Shown here: piece by piece, positions 44,577 through 55,100 of the stretch | Numbering within the stretch: the stretch's first letter is position 1 | Layout: every line of letters begins with the position of its first letter | NCBI GenBank assembly: GCA_031441485.1 | Contig: JANOEQ010000108.1 | Span: forward strand, 387 to 64,386 | Length of the DNA: 64,000 nt | Origin: Chitinophagaceae bacterium | GTDB taxonomy: Bacteria > Bacteroidota > Bacteroidia > Chitinophagales > Chitinophagaceae | Reading direction: 5' to 3' | The notes under the pieces: model-generated | What the model was told of the DNA's origin: nothing | The model's database searches: none | Seen by the model: the letters and a program-made list of their open reading frames with translations, nothing else | Translations under genes and position numbers: made by a program

Positions 44577-45765
44577 AAAAAAGACGGATTATGGTGTCAA
44601 CGATATCCTTTGCCACTTCTTTTTTGGGTTTCGCAGCAAAGCTGATTTCATTTCCTCCTTTTTCGAATATAGTGATCTTATTAGTATCCAATCCAAAACC
44701 AGCCCCTGCATCATTGAGTGAATTTAATACAATCATATCGGCATTCTTCCGCTCCAGTTTTTCGAGGGCATGCTGTTTTTCATTAGTAGTCTCCAGGGCA
44801 AACCCCACGAGTACCTGGTCTTTTCTCTTTTTTTCGCCAAGGCTTTTTAAAATATCCTTTGTTTTGGTAAGCGCCACTGTCAATCCCTCTTCTTTCTTCT
44901 TTATTTTATCACTGGCCACAGCCACCGGAGTATAATCAGCCACAGCGGCGGCCATTACCGCTATATCTGCTTTTTCAAACAATGCCACGCTTGCATCATA
45001 CATTTCTGCTGCTGTTTTTACTTTCTTCAGCTTGATACCATCGGTTAAAACATCTATTTGCGCGGGGCCCAGTATCAATGTAACATCAGCACCCCTGTTG
45101 CACAATTCTTTTGCTATCGCAATTCCCATTTTGCCTGATGAATGATTTCCAATAAAACGAACTGGGTCTATCGGTTCGTATGTGGGTCCGGCAGTTACAA
45201 AAGCTATTTTACCGGCCAGTGGACCGGAAGAAAAAAAATGTGTTTGCAGGTATTCAGCAATATGTTCCGGCTCAGCCATTCTGCCATCGCCGTTCAATCC
45301 GCTGGCCAGGTCGCCCTTTTCCACCGGGATGATGCGGTTGCCATAAGACTCCAGTTTTTTAAGGTTCTCTTTCGTGGATGGATGGTGCCACATATCTTCA
45401 TCCATGGCAGGCACCACTACAACGGGGCAGGTGGCCGAAAGATAAATGGCCAGCAGCAGGTTATCACATTGGCCATTGGCCATTTTTGCCAGCGTATTGC
45501 AGCTTAGCGGGGCTATCAGCATCACATCAGCCCACCGGCCCAACATTACATGATTGGCCCAGCTTTGATCATCAAATAAGTCTACAAGCACCGGGTTGCG
45601 GCTCAGGGTGCTTACTGAAAGAGGGGTAACAAAATCTTTGGCGGATGGCGTCATCACCACTTTTACTTCGGCACCGGCCTTTATCAGCAACCGGATCAGG
45701 AAAATAGATTTATAAGCAGCGATACTGCCAGAAATACCCAGTAATATTTTTTTGCCCTGGAACAT
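44569..45765 (-). CDS. coaBC: bifunctional phosphopantothenoylcysteine decarboxylase / phosphopantothenate-cysteine ligase
   Basis: N-terminal flavoprotein motif (KKILLGISGSIAAYK) and a C-terminal CoaB region (TAGPTYEPIDPVRFIGNHSSGKMG). Confidence 0.93.
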   Translation of the reverse strand: MFQGKKILLGISGSIAAYKSIFLIRLLIKAGAEVKVVMTPSAKDFVTPLSVSTLSRNPVLVDLFDDQSWANHVMLGRWADVMLIAPLSCNTLAKMANGQCDNLLLAIYLSATCPVVVVPAMDEDMWHHPSTKENLKKLESYGNRIIPVEKGDLASGLNGDGRMAEPEHIAEYLQTHFFSSGPLAGKIAFVTAGPTYEPIDPVRFIGNHSSGKMGIAIAKELCNRGADVTLILGPAQIDVLTDGIKLKKVKTAAEMYDASVALFEKADIAVMAAAVADYTPVAVASDKIKKKEEGLTVALTKTKDILKSLGEKKRKDQVLVGFALETTNEKQHALEKLERKNADMIVLNSLNDAGAGFGLDTNKITIFEKGGNEISFAAKPKKEVAKDIVDTIIRLFYV

Positions 45766-45923
45766 AAGGAATCAAAAATACGTTTAAAAAGGAAAAGCGA
45801 CCAGTGTAAACGGGCCGCCTTTCTATTATTAACTTATCAATCTCTTACAAGTGTATATTTTTCAATCATTTCCATCCTGCATATCCGGCATCTCCTGCGT
45901 ATGGCGAAAGAAAAGACAGAATA

Positions 45924-46265
45924 TTAACTGAAGAGTTCATCTTCACTCCTGCGGAAATAAACTTTATCTTCCATAAACTCCTGGGTGGCAAGCAATGCCG
46001 GGTTTGGCATTCTTTCATAAGCTCTTGAGATTTCTATCTGCTCCTTATTTTCATGGATCTCTTCCAGACTATCGGTATGACTGGCAAATTCTTCCAGCTT
46101 GTTATGCAACTCTTCTTTAAGGGAAATATTAATCTGGTTGGCCCGTTTACCTACTATAGATATTGACTCATACAGGTTACCTGTTTTAGCCTTGATATCA
46201 TCAAGGTTACGGGTTTCAACATTGTTGGTAATGCCTGCACTAAGCTGGCGTCTTAATTTGCTCAT
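45924..46265 (-). CDS. rpoZ: DNA-directed RNA polymerase subunit omega (Bacteroidetes type)
   Basis: The YESISIVGKRANQI core, the protein size, and the position between bamD and coaBC. Confidence 0.75.
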   Translation of the reverse strand: MSKLRRQLSAGITNNVETRNLDDIKAKTGNLYESISIVGKRANQINISLKEELHNKLEEFASHTDSLEEIHENKEQIEISRAYERMPNPALLATQEFMEDKVYFRRSEDELFS

Positions 46266-47109
46266 TGCCTAATTTTTTAATATTGGTTTGCGATAAATTC
46301 AAAAAGTCATCTGCAGCTTTTTTCAATTTGCTTTCGGGAAAGCGGTCTGTAAATTCATTACATTCACTGATTACCTGCTCATATCTTTCCACCTGTTTTT
46401 CTTCCACGCTTAATTGTGCAAAACGGTAGTAAGATTTAATTATCATCAACTGGTATTCATCCGCCTTCATCGATTCAGGATAGCTGTCGAGCAGGATAGA
46501 GAATGCCACTCCTGCCGCCCTGAACTGGCCGAGATCATAATACAGTAATGCAGCTTTATAATCTTTCAATTCCATTTTTCCACGGCAGTCATCTATTATT
46601 GCTGTCGCTTCCTTATTCCGGGATGATCCGGGATGAGTATTAATGAAAGTCTGCATCATACCCATTGCCTTGATAGTACTTGTCTGATCGAGTTCAGCCT
46701 TGGGCGATTGTTTGAAAAAGGAGTAGGCCCTCATATAATCCACCTCCTCTGTTTTGGAGCTGTTGGAAAATATTTCCAAAAAGCTTTTAAACAGGTTCTC
46801 TGCGTTGGCATAGTCAGCCTGGTAATAGGCACAATACGCATACTTGTAATAGATATCTTCAAATTCTTTGCCGGCCTTATAATAAGGCATGATATCCTCA
46901 TATATCTGCTGAGCCTTGATATATTTCTTTTTGGCGAAATACTGTTCAGCGATCCTGAGCTTATAAGCCGGATCGGGGTTCTTGATAATTTTGCTGATAT
47001 TTTTGCTTCCGCTACAGCCCGATAAAATCAGAATAATAACAAGCAGCCAGCTGAATTTTACCAGCCTGCTGATTCCATTATTACCTGCCTGAAGATTTGT
47101 AGTACTCAT
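46240..47109 (-). CDS. bamD: outer membrane protein assembly factor BamD
   Basis: Lipoprotein signal (LLVIILILSGCSG) and TPR-like repeats. I prefer the start at MSTTNLQ (47109). Confidence 0.8.
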   Translation of the reverse strand: MSTTNLQAGNNGISRLVKFSWLLVIILILSGCSGSKNISKIIKNPDPAYKLRIAEQYFAKKKYIKAQQIYEDIMPYYKAGKEFEDIYYKYAYCAYYQADYANAENLFKSFLEIFSNSSKTEEVDYMRAYSFFKQSPKAELDQTSTIKAMGMMQTFINTHPGSSRNKEATAIIDDCRGKMELKDYKAALLYYDLGQFRAAGVAFSILLDSYPESMKADEYQLMIIKSYYRFAQLSVEEKQVERYEQVISECNEFTDRFPESKLKKAADDFLNLSQTNIKKLGNEQIKTPA

Positions 47110-47400
47110 AAAGGTGTGCAAAGTTAACTGATAGCGGCAAAACTTACACAAAAAAGATAGGCTGCCAAAATACAGCAGTTAAGGTTTTGATAATAGGAAG
47201 CACGGATTAAGCAGATTTTGGTGGATTTCACGGATTAATAAGCGGGAAATACCCAATAAATCCTAAAAATATCAAATGACAGGTTTTATAACACAATAAG
47301 GATTCCGGGTCTATTCTATAGCCAATTAAAGGAATCACTGTTAATATCCGCAACCTATATCTGTGAAATCCCTGCATTAATCCCATAACCTGTGATAAAG

Positions 47401-47430
47401 AAAACCCTCCCGAGGAGTCGGGAGGGTTTA
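47401..47430 (-). terminator. rho-independent terminator of the OmpA-family gene
   Basis: A 9-bp perfect stem CCCTCCCGA-ggag-TCGGGAGGG. On the - strand it is followed by TTTTCTTT. Confidence 0.7.
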
Positions 47431-47450
47431 TAAGCAAAAAGTATTACATC

Positions 47451-49187
47451 TTAATTCTTACGCAGATTTGGATGTGGAGGTTCCACAGTGTTTGGCCCAT
47501 CTTCACCTTCAGCAGCAGCACGGAGGTCAACTGTATTGCAGTCACCACCTTCCTGACCATAGTTAAAGATAAAGCGGTCAGCACTTACGCCTTCTTTGTC
47601 AACCATGTAGTTGATAACAGCGTTAACATGATCCCAGCTTAATTGCTGTTGTTTTTTATCAGAGGCGCAATAGCCGATTACCACTACTTTACAACCCGGG
47701 TTGTTACGCAGTTTGGCTGCCACAGTGGAAAGAACTGCTTTTGCATCATCTGTTAATTTGTTAGAGTTTGCTTTGAAAGCCACACTTGGTAATGCACCAA
47801 GTTTCTCAGCACAGCTACCATTATCTCCTTTACCACCTTTGCAGCAATCACACTTTTCAGGATCAGGGCATGGAGGAGGAGGGCAAGTACCGATACCATC
47901 AGCATCAACAGGCTGACATGTAGTAGGTGTAATAAGTTCTTTATCCTTACAATCCGGTACACCATCACCATCAGTATCTTTAGATACACCATGACTGTCA
48001 ACAGGGCAACCGGCAGGAGTTTGCTCTTGGTCGAACTGATCAGTAACACCATCACCATCGGTATCAGGCAGCACTGGTTTTGGAAGGCGCATCAAACGGG
48101 GGTTGCGAATTTCGCTGTATGCATAATCCAGCGGGTTCAGCCACCAGAGCGGCTCCACAGACTTAGCGCCGATATTGATATTTAAACCAAGGCTCAGGTA
48201 GTTATAAGAATCATAGTCACGGGTAAGTGCAGCATCACCAAAAGCTGATTCCTGCCAGCGCTGACCATCCAATAAGTCGTCTTTGATGATAGTCCAACGG
48301 TCTTCAAGTGCCAGGTTCAGCCTGTTGCTTAATTTGAAAGCTATACCCATACCTATTGTAGCCGACGGTTTGAATGTTTTGCTAAACAATTTTGGACGAC
48401 GATCTCCTTGATTTTCAGCAGGACTCTCATAAGAATCATCCAATAAAGCTTTAAGGTCTTTAATTGTTTTTTTCCTGTCAGGATATGCAGCTTGTGCAAT
48501 GCTGGTGAAGTTATATTTAACGCTACCGTTCAAAGCGTTTACTTTAGTATCATATACGGAACCACCGATACCGGCAAAACCATACACGTTAAATCCTGTT
48601 TTAGCTTTATGAAAGCGGATATTGTTCAGGGTAATTACACCTTGCAATGAAAGATCCTGCACTTTTGTTTTGTAATTGTAATAGATCTGTTCAAATGTTG
48701 CACTGGGAAGTCCCGTTTTAGAAGATATAATTTGACGGATACCGCCTGGTAAGGTAGTTGCAAGAGGAGCATTATAGGATTGTGTGGCGCCTAATCCGCT
48801 ATTGTTCCATGCGTCGTTTTTAGCATAGTTTTCAGAAGTCCTCCATGCCTGTCCTTTACCTGTACCATTCAGGTATTCCAAACGCATGGAGAAAATATAT
48901 CCGAAGGATTTTCTAACATGGAGTCCAAAACCCGGAGAAAGAAATGTTGCAGGTAAATCACCACTTACATGAAACAAACCGCCTTTTATACCGATTTCCC
49001 ACTGATTGCGGGGTTTCGCAGGGAAGTTGTAGGTTCCGCTTAAAAACTCTGAATGCTGAGGCATTCTTTTCTTTGTAATTAATGAAGAATCTTTTACGTC
49101 ATAACTGGCCCCTACTCTTTGAGAGTATCCGTAAGACGCTAACAGGCAGAAAATGCCCGCCAGTAAAATGTACTTTTTGCTTGCCAT
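47451..49187 (-). CDS. OmpA-family outer-membrane protein with thrombospondin type-3 repeats
   Basis: Signal peptide, a beta-barrel-like N-terminal half, DTDGDGV(T/P)D Ca-binding repeats, a Cys-rich linker, and a C-terminal OmpA-like domain. Confidence 0.88.
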   Translation of the reverse strand: MASKKYILLAGIFCLLASYGYSQRVGASYDVKDSSLITKKRMPQHSEFLSGTYNFPAKPRNQWEIGIKGGLFHVSGDLPATFLSPGFGLHVRKSFGYIFSMRLEYLNGTGKGQAWRTSENYAKNDAWNNSGLGATQSYNAPLATTLPGGIRQIISSKTGLPSATFEQIYYNYKTKVQDLSLQGVITLNNIRFHKAKTGFNVYGFAGIGGSVYDTKVNALNGSVKYNFTSIAQAAYPDRKKTIKDLKALLDDSYESPAENQGDRRPKLFSKTFKPSATIGMGIAFKLSNRLNLALEDRWTIIKDDLLDGQRWQESAFGDAALTRDYDSYNYLSLGLNINIGAKSVEPLWWLNPLDYAYSEIRNPRLMRLPKPVLPDTDGDGVTDQFDQEQTPAGCPVDSHGVSKDTDGDGVPDCKDKELITPTTCQPVDADGIGTCPPPPCPDPEKCDCCKGGKGDNGSCAEKLGALPSVAFKANSNKLTDDAKAVLSTVAAKLRNNPGCKVVVIGYCASDKKQQQLSWDHVNAVINYMVDKEGVSADRFIFNYGQEGGDCNTVDLRAAAEGEDGPNTVEPPHPNLRKN

Positions 49188-49383
49188 AACTAAGGATTAA
49201 GATTTGTGAACAATGTCCTAAATAATACGCAAAAATAGAAATTGAGGGTTAATTACCAAATTTTTATATAATTAATTTGACCTTTTGCCCATTATTTTTC
49301 AATTACTTAGTCAATTTTCGGCTCTATTTTGTTGCATTAGCCAGCAATTATTTTTTTGCCCGTAAATTGCCACCTCTAATTAA

Positions 49384-50346
49384 ATGCAATTACCCACACA
49401 CCTGATAAGTGCTGAGCTGCAAATCTTTGAATCGAGGTTTAAAGAGGCCATGCGTAGCCAGGCCCCGCTTCTGGACAGGATTATGCGGTATGTGGTGAAG
49501 CGAAAGGGCAAACAACTAAGGCCTATGTTTGTATTGCTTTCTGCACGCCTTTGCGGGGAAATAAACGAACCAGCTTACCGGGCGGCCTCATTGGTAGAAC
49601 TACTGCATACGGCCACCCTGGTGCATGATGATGTGGTGGATGACTCGATGGAAAGACGGGGGTTTTTTTCCACATATGCCCTCTGGAAAGCCAAAGCCAA
49701 CGTATTGATCGGGGATTACCTCCTGGCTAAAGGCCTTTTACTTTCCCTGGATAATAACGATTACCGGGTGCTGCATATCCTGTCTGATGCCGTTAGAAAA
49801 ATGAGTGAGGGAGAATTGCTGCAATTGGAAAAAGCCCGAAGCCTGAACCTGAAAGAGGATATCTATTATGAAATTATCCGCAATAAAACGGCTTCCCTGC
49901 TGGCATCGGCCTGTGCTGCCGGGGCCTGGAGCACGAGCGGCGATGATGTCATTACCGAAAAAATGAGGCTTTTTGGAGAAAAAACAGGTATGGCTTTTCA
50001 AATTAAAGACGACCTTTTTGACTATGCCAGCGAAAATGTGGGCAAACCCACCGGAAACGATATAAAAGAAAAAAAACTGACACTTCCGCTTATTTATACC
50101 TTAAACAACACAAATAAGGAAACCCGCCGGAAAATTATTTATATTGTAAAAAATAATAATAATGATAAGGCAAAAGTGAAATGGGTGATTGATAAAGTGG
50201 TGGAGGCCGGTGGCATTGACTATGCCACCCAAAAAATGAATGCGTATAAAAAAGAAGCAATTGATACGTTGCGGCAGTTCCCTGAAAGCCCGATCAGGCA
50301 GGGATTGGAAGACATGGTGCTTTTTGTTACTGACCGGAAGTATTAG
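49384..50346 (+). CDS. polyprenyl diphosphate synthase (long-chain, IspB-like)
   Basis: First and second Asp-rich motifs LVHDDVVDD and KDDLFD. Confidence 0.9.
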   Translation: MQLPTHLISAELQIFESRFKEAMRSQAPLLDRIMRYVVKRKGKQLRPMFVLLSARLCGEINEPAYRAASLVELLHTATLVHDDVVDDSMERRGFFSTYALWKAKANVLIGDYLLAKGLLLSLDNNDYRVLHILSDAVRKMSEGELLQLEKARSLNLKEDIYYEIIRNKTASLLASACAAGAWSTSGDDVITEKMRLFGEKTGMAFQIKDDLFDYASENVGKPTGNDIKEKKLTLPLIYTLNNTNKETRRKIIYIVKNNNNDKAKVKWVIDKVVEAGGIDYATQKMNAYKKEAIDTLRQFPESPIRQGLEDMVLFVTDRKY

Positions 50347-50361
50347 CACATAATAATTCCT

Positions 50362-52065
50362 ATGGAAAAAAGATGGAACATACTTACTGCTGAAGCAGGA
50401 AAAGTTTCAGCATTACAGGATGCCTTAAAAGTTAATCCTGTACTCTGTAAAATACTGGTACAACGCGGTATTGAAACGTTTGAAACAGCTAAAGATTTTT
50501 TCCGACCCCAACTAACGGCACTGTATAGCCCATGGCTGATGAAAGACATGGATAAAGCGGTGAACAGGATTATTTCAGCTCTTAACACCAATGAAAAAAT
50601 CCTTGTGTTTGGAGATTATGATGTGGATGGCACCACTGCAGTGGCCAGCATGTACCAGTTTCTTAAAAAAATACATCCCCATCTTGATTTTTATATCCCC
50701 CACCGATACCGCGAAGGATATGGTATCAGTAAAGCCGGAATTGATTTCGCAAAAGAAAATGGTTTTACACTTATTATTTCACTTGACTGCGGTATTAAAT
50801 CTGCCGATCTTATTGCTTATGCAAAAGAACTGGACATAGATTTTATCGTATGCGACCATCATTTACCCGATGAAATATTACCTCCTGCTGTTGCGATTTT
50901 AAATCCAAAGCAAAAAGATTGCGGATATCCTTATAAAGAACTTTGCGGATGTGGTGTCGGTTTTAAGCTGATATGTGCCCTTGCAGAAAAAATGAATTTG
51001 CCTGCAGGCGCTGCATTTGAATACCTGGACCTTGTAGCCACTGCTATTGCAGCGGATATTGTACCAATGAGCGGAGAGAACAGGATATTAGCCTTTCATG
51101 GTTTAGCTAAAGCAAACAAGGATGCTAATTATGGTATTAAAGCATTGGCAAAACTCAGCCAGCTTTCTACTGAGCTGACTATTACCAACCTGGTTTTTAT
51201 GATAGCGCCCCGGGTAAATGCTGCCGGCAGAATGGATGATGCCAGAAAGGCCGTTCAAATGTTTGTGGCCGAAACAGAAGAGGAGTCTTTACAATATGCT
51301 GAAATGCTGCACAGCGATAATACGGACAGAAAGGAAGCCGATAAAACTATTACAGAAGAAGCCCTGTCTATGATCGAAGAAAATATTGAATGGAAGAACA
51401 GGAAATCAACAGTGGTATTTCAGCCCCATTGGCACAAAGGAGTAGTGGGCATTGTTGCCTCAAGAGTGATAGAACATTATTACCGGCCTACGGTTGTGCT
51501 TACTCAATCCGGTGACTATGCGGCAGGAAGTGCCCGCAGTGTACCGGGGTTTAATTTATATGAAGCCATCCATGCCTGCAAAGAACATTTAATGGGATAT
51601 GGCGGCCACTTTGCTGCTGCCGGTATGACGTTGGAACTGGAGCAGGTAAATGCTTTCAGAGAAAAATTTGAACAGGTGGTGGCGGCCACTATTGATCCTG
51701 ATTTATTGATTCCTGAAATAATGATAGATGCAGAAATTTCATTGAAAGATATTAAACAGTCTTTCTATGATATTTTATGCCAAATGGAACCCTTCGGGCC
51801 AGAAAACCTGCGCCCCGTTTTTCTGATAAAAAATGTAACCGATAGCGGCTGGTCCAAAATCGTAAAGGAAGAACATATTCGTTTTTCCTTAAAAAAAGAT
51901 AATACAACCATCACTGGTATTGGTTTTGGCATGGCTCATAAGTTCAACCTGTTACAGGATAAACAACCCGTTGATATTGTTTGTAAGATTGATGAGAATC
52001 AATGGAATGGTGAAAAGAGTCTGCAACTGCGGGTGATTGACTTCAAATCTGCTGGTTTAATGTAG
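50362..52065 (+). CDS. recJ: single-stranded-DNA-specific exonuclease RecJ
   Basis: DHH-family motifs (VFGDYDVDGTT, VCDHH) and a DHHA1 region (GGHFAAAG). Confidence 0.93.
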   Translation: MEKRWNILTAEAGKVSALQDALKVNPVLCKILVQRGIETFETAKDFFRPQLTALYSPWLMKDMDKAVNRIISALNTNEKILVFGDYDVDGTTAVASMYQFLKKIHPHLDFYIPHRYREGYGISKAGIDFAKENGFTLIISLDCGIKSADLIAYAKELDIDFIVCDHHLPDEILPPAVAILNPKQKDCGYPYKELCGCGVGFKLICALAEKMNLPAGAAFEYLDLVATAIAADIVPMSGENRILAFHGLAKANKDANYGIKALAKLSQLSTELTITNLVFMIAPRVNAAGRMDDARKAVQMFVAETEEESLQYAEMLHSDNTDRKEADKTITEEALSMIEENIEWKNRKSTVVFQPHWHKGVVGIVASRVIEHYYRPTVVLTQSGDYAAGSARSVPGFNLYEAIHACKEHLMGYGGHFAAAGMTLELEQVNAFREKFEQVVAATIDPDLLIPEIMIDAEISLKDIKQSFYDILCQMEPFGPENLRPVFLIKNVTDSGWSKIVKEEHIRFSLKKDNTTITGIGFGMAHKFNLLQDKQPVDIVCKIDENQWNGEKSLQLRVIDFKSAGLM

Positions 52066-52193
52066 CTATTACTGGTTTTCGATTAAAATTTGCTCCCCTA
52101 TATCCGTACGGATGTTAATAAATAATTCATTGGTAGATTTAAGTAAAAAGGCCTAGTCTGTCTACATTTGTCGCTCACATAAATGAGCACTGC

Positions 52194-55100
52194 ATGAAAA
52201 AGTTTTACTTATCAATTTGCTTTATTCTGATTATTACAAGTACATTTTCACAAACAACAGTTTTTAGTGATGATTTTAGTGCCAATACCAATGCTGTTTT
52301 TACCACAAGTGGTGCTATCGGGGCCAGTGCGTGGAATGTACTTGTTCCCAACGCAGATTGGGGTGCCAGAAGAAATACAAGCCCCCTGCAACTGGAATTA
52401 ACTAATGATGCCAGTGCTACCGGAAATGCCAATGGGTGGGTTTTTGTCAGTACTAACACTTCGTCCTTTTTAAGCCCATACAATACTACCTTGAGTTCCA
52501 ACACAGGTACAGTTACCTGGAATTTAAATATCCGGCAAATAAGACCAGACCCTGCAGGTTTAGGAGCCGGAAGTTATGGTGTTGCTTTCGTTTTAGCCGG
52601 AAGTTCAACAACAAACAATAATACCGGAAATGGGTATGCTATCGCCTATGGGCAGTCTGGCGCTACTGATCCTGTTCGCCTTATACATTATACAGCAGGC
52701 TTGGCCACCTCCACTAATATTATTACGTCCAATACTGCCGGTCTTACAGATTTTGGCACTGAGTATTTAAGTGTTAGAGTTATTTATACTCCTTCCACAA
52801 ATACCTGGGAATTACTTTTGCGTAATGATGGTGCAACTGCATTTGCCGACCCCGCTTCAGGAACTCTTGTAACGCAGGGTACAGCTGTCAATTCAACTTC
52901 CACAGGATCTGTTTTAGGATTAATGGGGGCCTTTTGGAACGGATCAACAGCTGCTAATCAAACTTCTTTTTTTGACAATGTATCTGTTACTGTAACAACT
53001 GTTGGCGGATCAACAATATCCATTGCTGCTGGTACAAATGCCGCAGAAGCTCCAACACCCACTGCAGGCACATTTGCCATTACATTCAGTACGCCCACCG
53101 CCGCTTCCACAACGGTGGATTATGCTTATACAGGCTCCGCAACATTTGGAACAGACTATACCGTATCTTACTCAGATGGAACGCCCAGCACTGCTACTTC
53201 TACTGGTACCTTAACTGTTCCTTCGGGAGTCTCCTCAATTACTGTTACTATAACCCCTGTTGATGATGCAACTGTAGAAGGAACAGAAACGGTTATCGCA
53301 ACTTTATCAAATCCAACAGCAGGTTATTCTTTGCTAACAAGCACGGCAACCATTAATATTACTGACGACGATACTCCCAACACAGTTTCTGTAGCTGCCG
53401 GCGTAAATGCAGGTGAACCTTCAACCAATGGAACTTTTACTCTTTCATTGTCTGCTCCTGCACCTGTTGGAGGTGTTACCATTACATATTCATTTACAGG
53501 TACTGCAACATTAACAAGCGACTATACCGATGCATTGAGCGGCAGCATTACCATTCCGCAGGGACAAAGTGCCGGGACTATTACCGCTACTACAGTAAAT
53601 GATCAATCACAGGAAAATGATGAAACGATCATAATTACACTAAATACCGCCTCTGCTTCTTATGTTATTAATATAGCGTCAGCGACCATCAATCTTACTG
53701 ATAATGGTGACATTGATGCCATTCCTTATACAGGCGTAACCTATACACAAAACTTCAATACACTGGCCACTACAGGTCTTTCTACCAGCAATGTCTCCGG
53801 ATGGGGATTGTTTGAAACGGGCACTAATGCTAATTTCTCTTATTCAGCAAGCGATGGAACGCTTAACTCAGGCAATACCTACGATTTTGGAACAGGCACC
53901 AATACAGACAGGGCCTTTGGCGGCCTCCGCTCCGGCAGCCTGACCCCGCTTTTTGGTGGCAAGTTCATTAATAACACAGGAAGTACTATCAACTCCCTGA
54001 CTGTTGCTTACACAGGCGAACAATGGCGTTCAGGAACTGCTTCAAGAGTTGACAAACTAGATTTTCAATACAGCACTGACGCCACCAGTCTTTCAACAGG
54101 TACCTGGACAGATGTTGATGCATTAGACTTTACTTCGCCCAACAATGCAGCAGTAGCAGCATTAGATGGCAACCTGGCGGCAAACAGGGTAATAAAAACT
54201 TTTGCCCTTAATGGTATATCAATTCCTGCAGGCTCGTTATTCTTTTTCAGGTGGCAGGATTTTGATGCTTCCGGTGCTGATGATGGACTGGGCATTGACG
54301 ACTTTTCATTATCACCCGGCTGTACTCCTCCAACCAATCAGCCAACTGCTCTTTTGCTAACACCTGCACTTACTGCTATTAACGGTTCTTTTACAGCAGC
54401 AGTTCCGGGAGCAGATCCTGCAGATACATACCTGGTTGTAATGAGTACTTCCGCCTCGCTTGGAGCCTCTCCTGCAAGTGGTACTGCGTATGCCATTGAT
54501 GATGTAATCGGAAACGGCCAGGTTGTTTCTATAGGCAATTCCCTTACATTTAATGTAACAGGACTTACTCCATCAACAACGTATTACTTCTTTGTTTTTT
54601 CAAACAGTTCAGCAACTAACTGCTATAATATCACTTCGCCATTGACTGGAAATATTTCTACTTTATCACCGCCGGTTTGTACAGCACCCACGCCGCAGGT
54701 TTCAGCATTGTCTGCTTCCAACATCACAGGCACTTCTTTAGATTTGAATTATACCCGTGGCGGTGGAACCAATATCCTTATCGTTGCAAGAGTTGGCAGC
54801 CCTGTTAACAGCAATCCTATTAACAGTCTTGCATATCCGGTAAGCACTCAAATCGGAACAGATAATTTTGTTATCTATAACGGCACAGCTAATACGTTTT
54901 CTTATACAGGCCTGTTACCAAATACAAGCTACTACTTTGCATTATATGAATATAACAGCGCTGACCTTTGTTATAACACCGCTGCATTAACCGGCAATTT
55001 CAATACAGCCTGTGTAAATCCGGTAAATGTAAATGCGCTAAGCACTACAGCAGGCAATACAACAGTTTCAGTAACCTGGACATTGCCCAATGCAAGCTGT

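Noticed and set aside
47228-47437. 69-aa ORF between bamD and the OmpA-family gene
   Set aside because: It spans a REP-like inverted repeat (CACGGATTA / GGATTTCAC family, roughly 47200-47385) and the OmpA terminator hairpin. It has no coding features.
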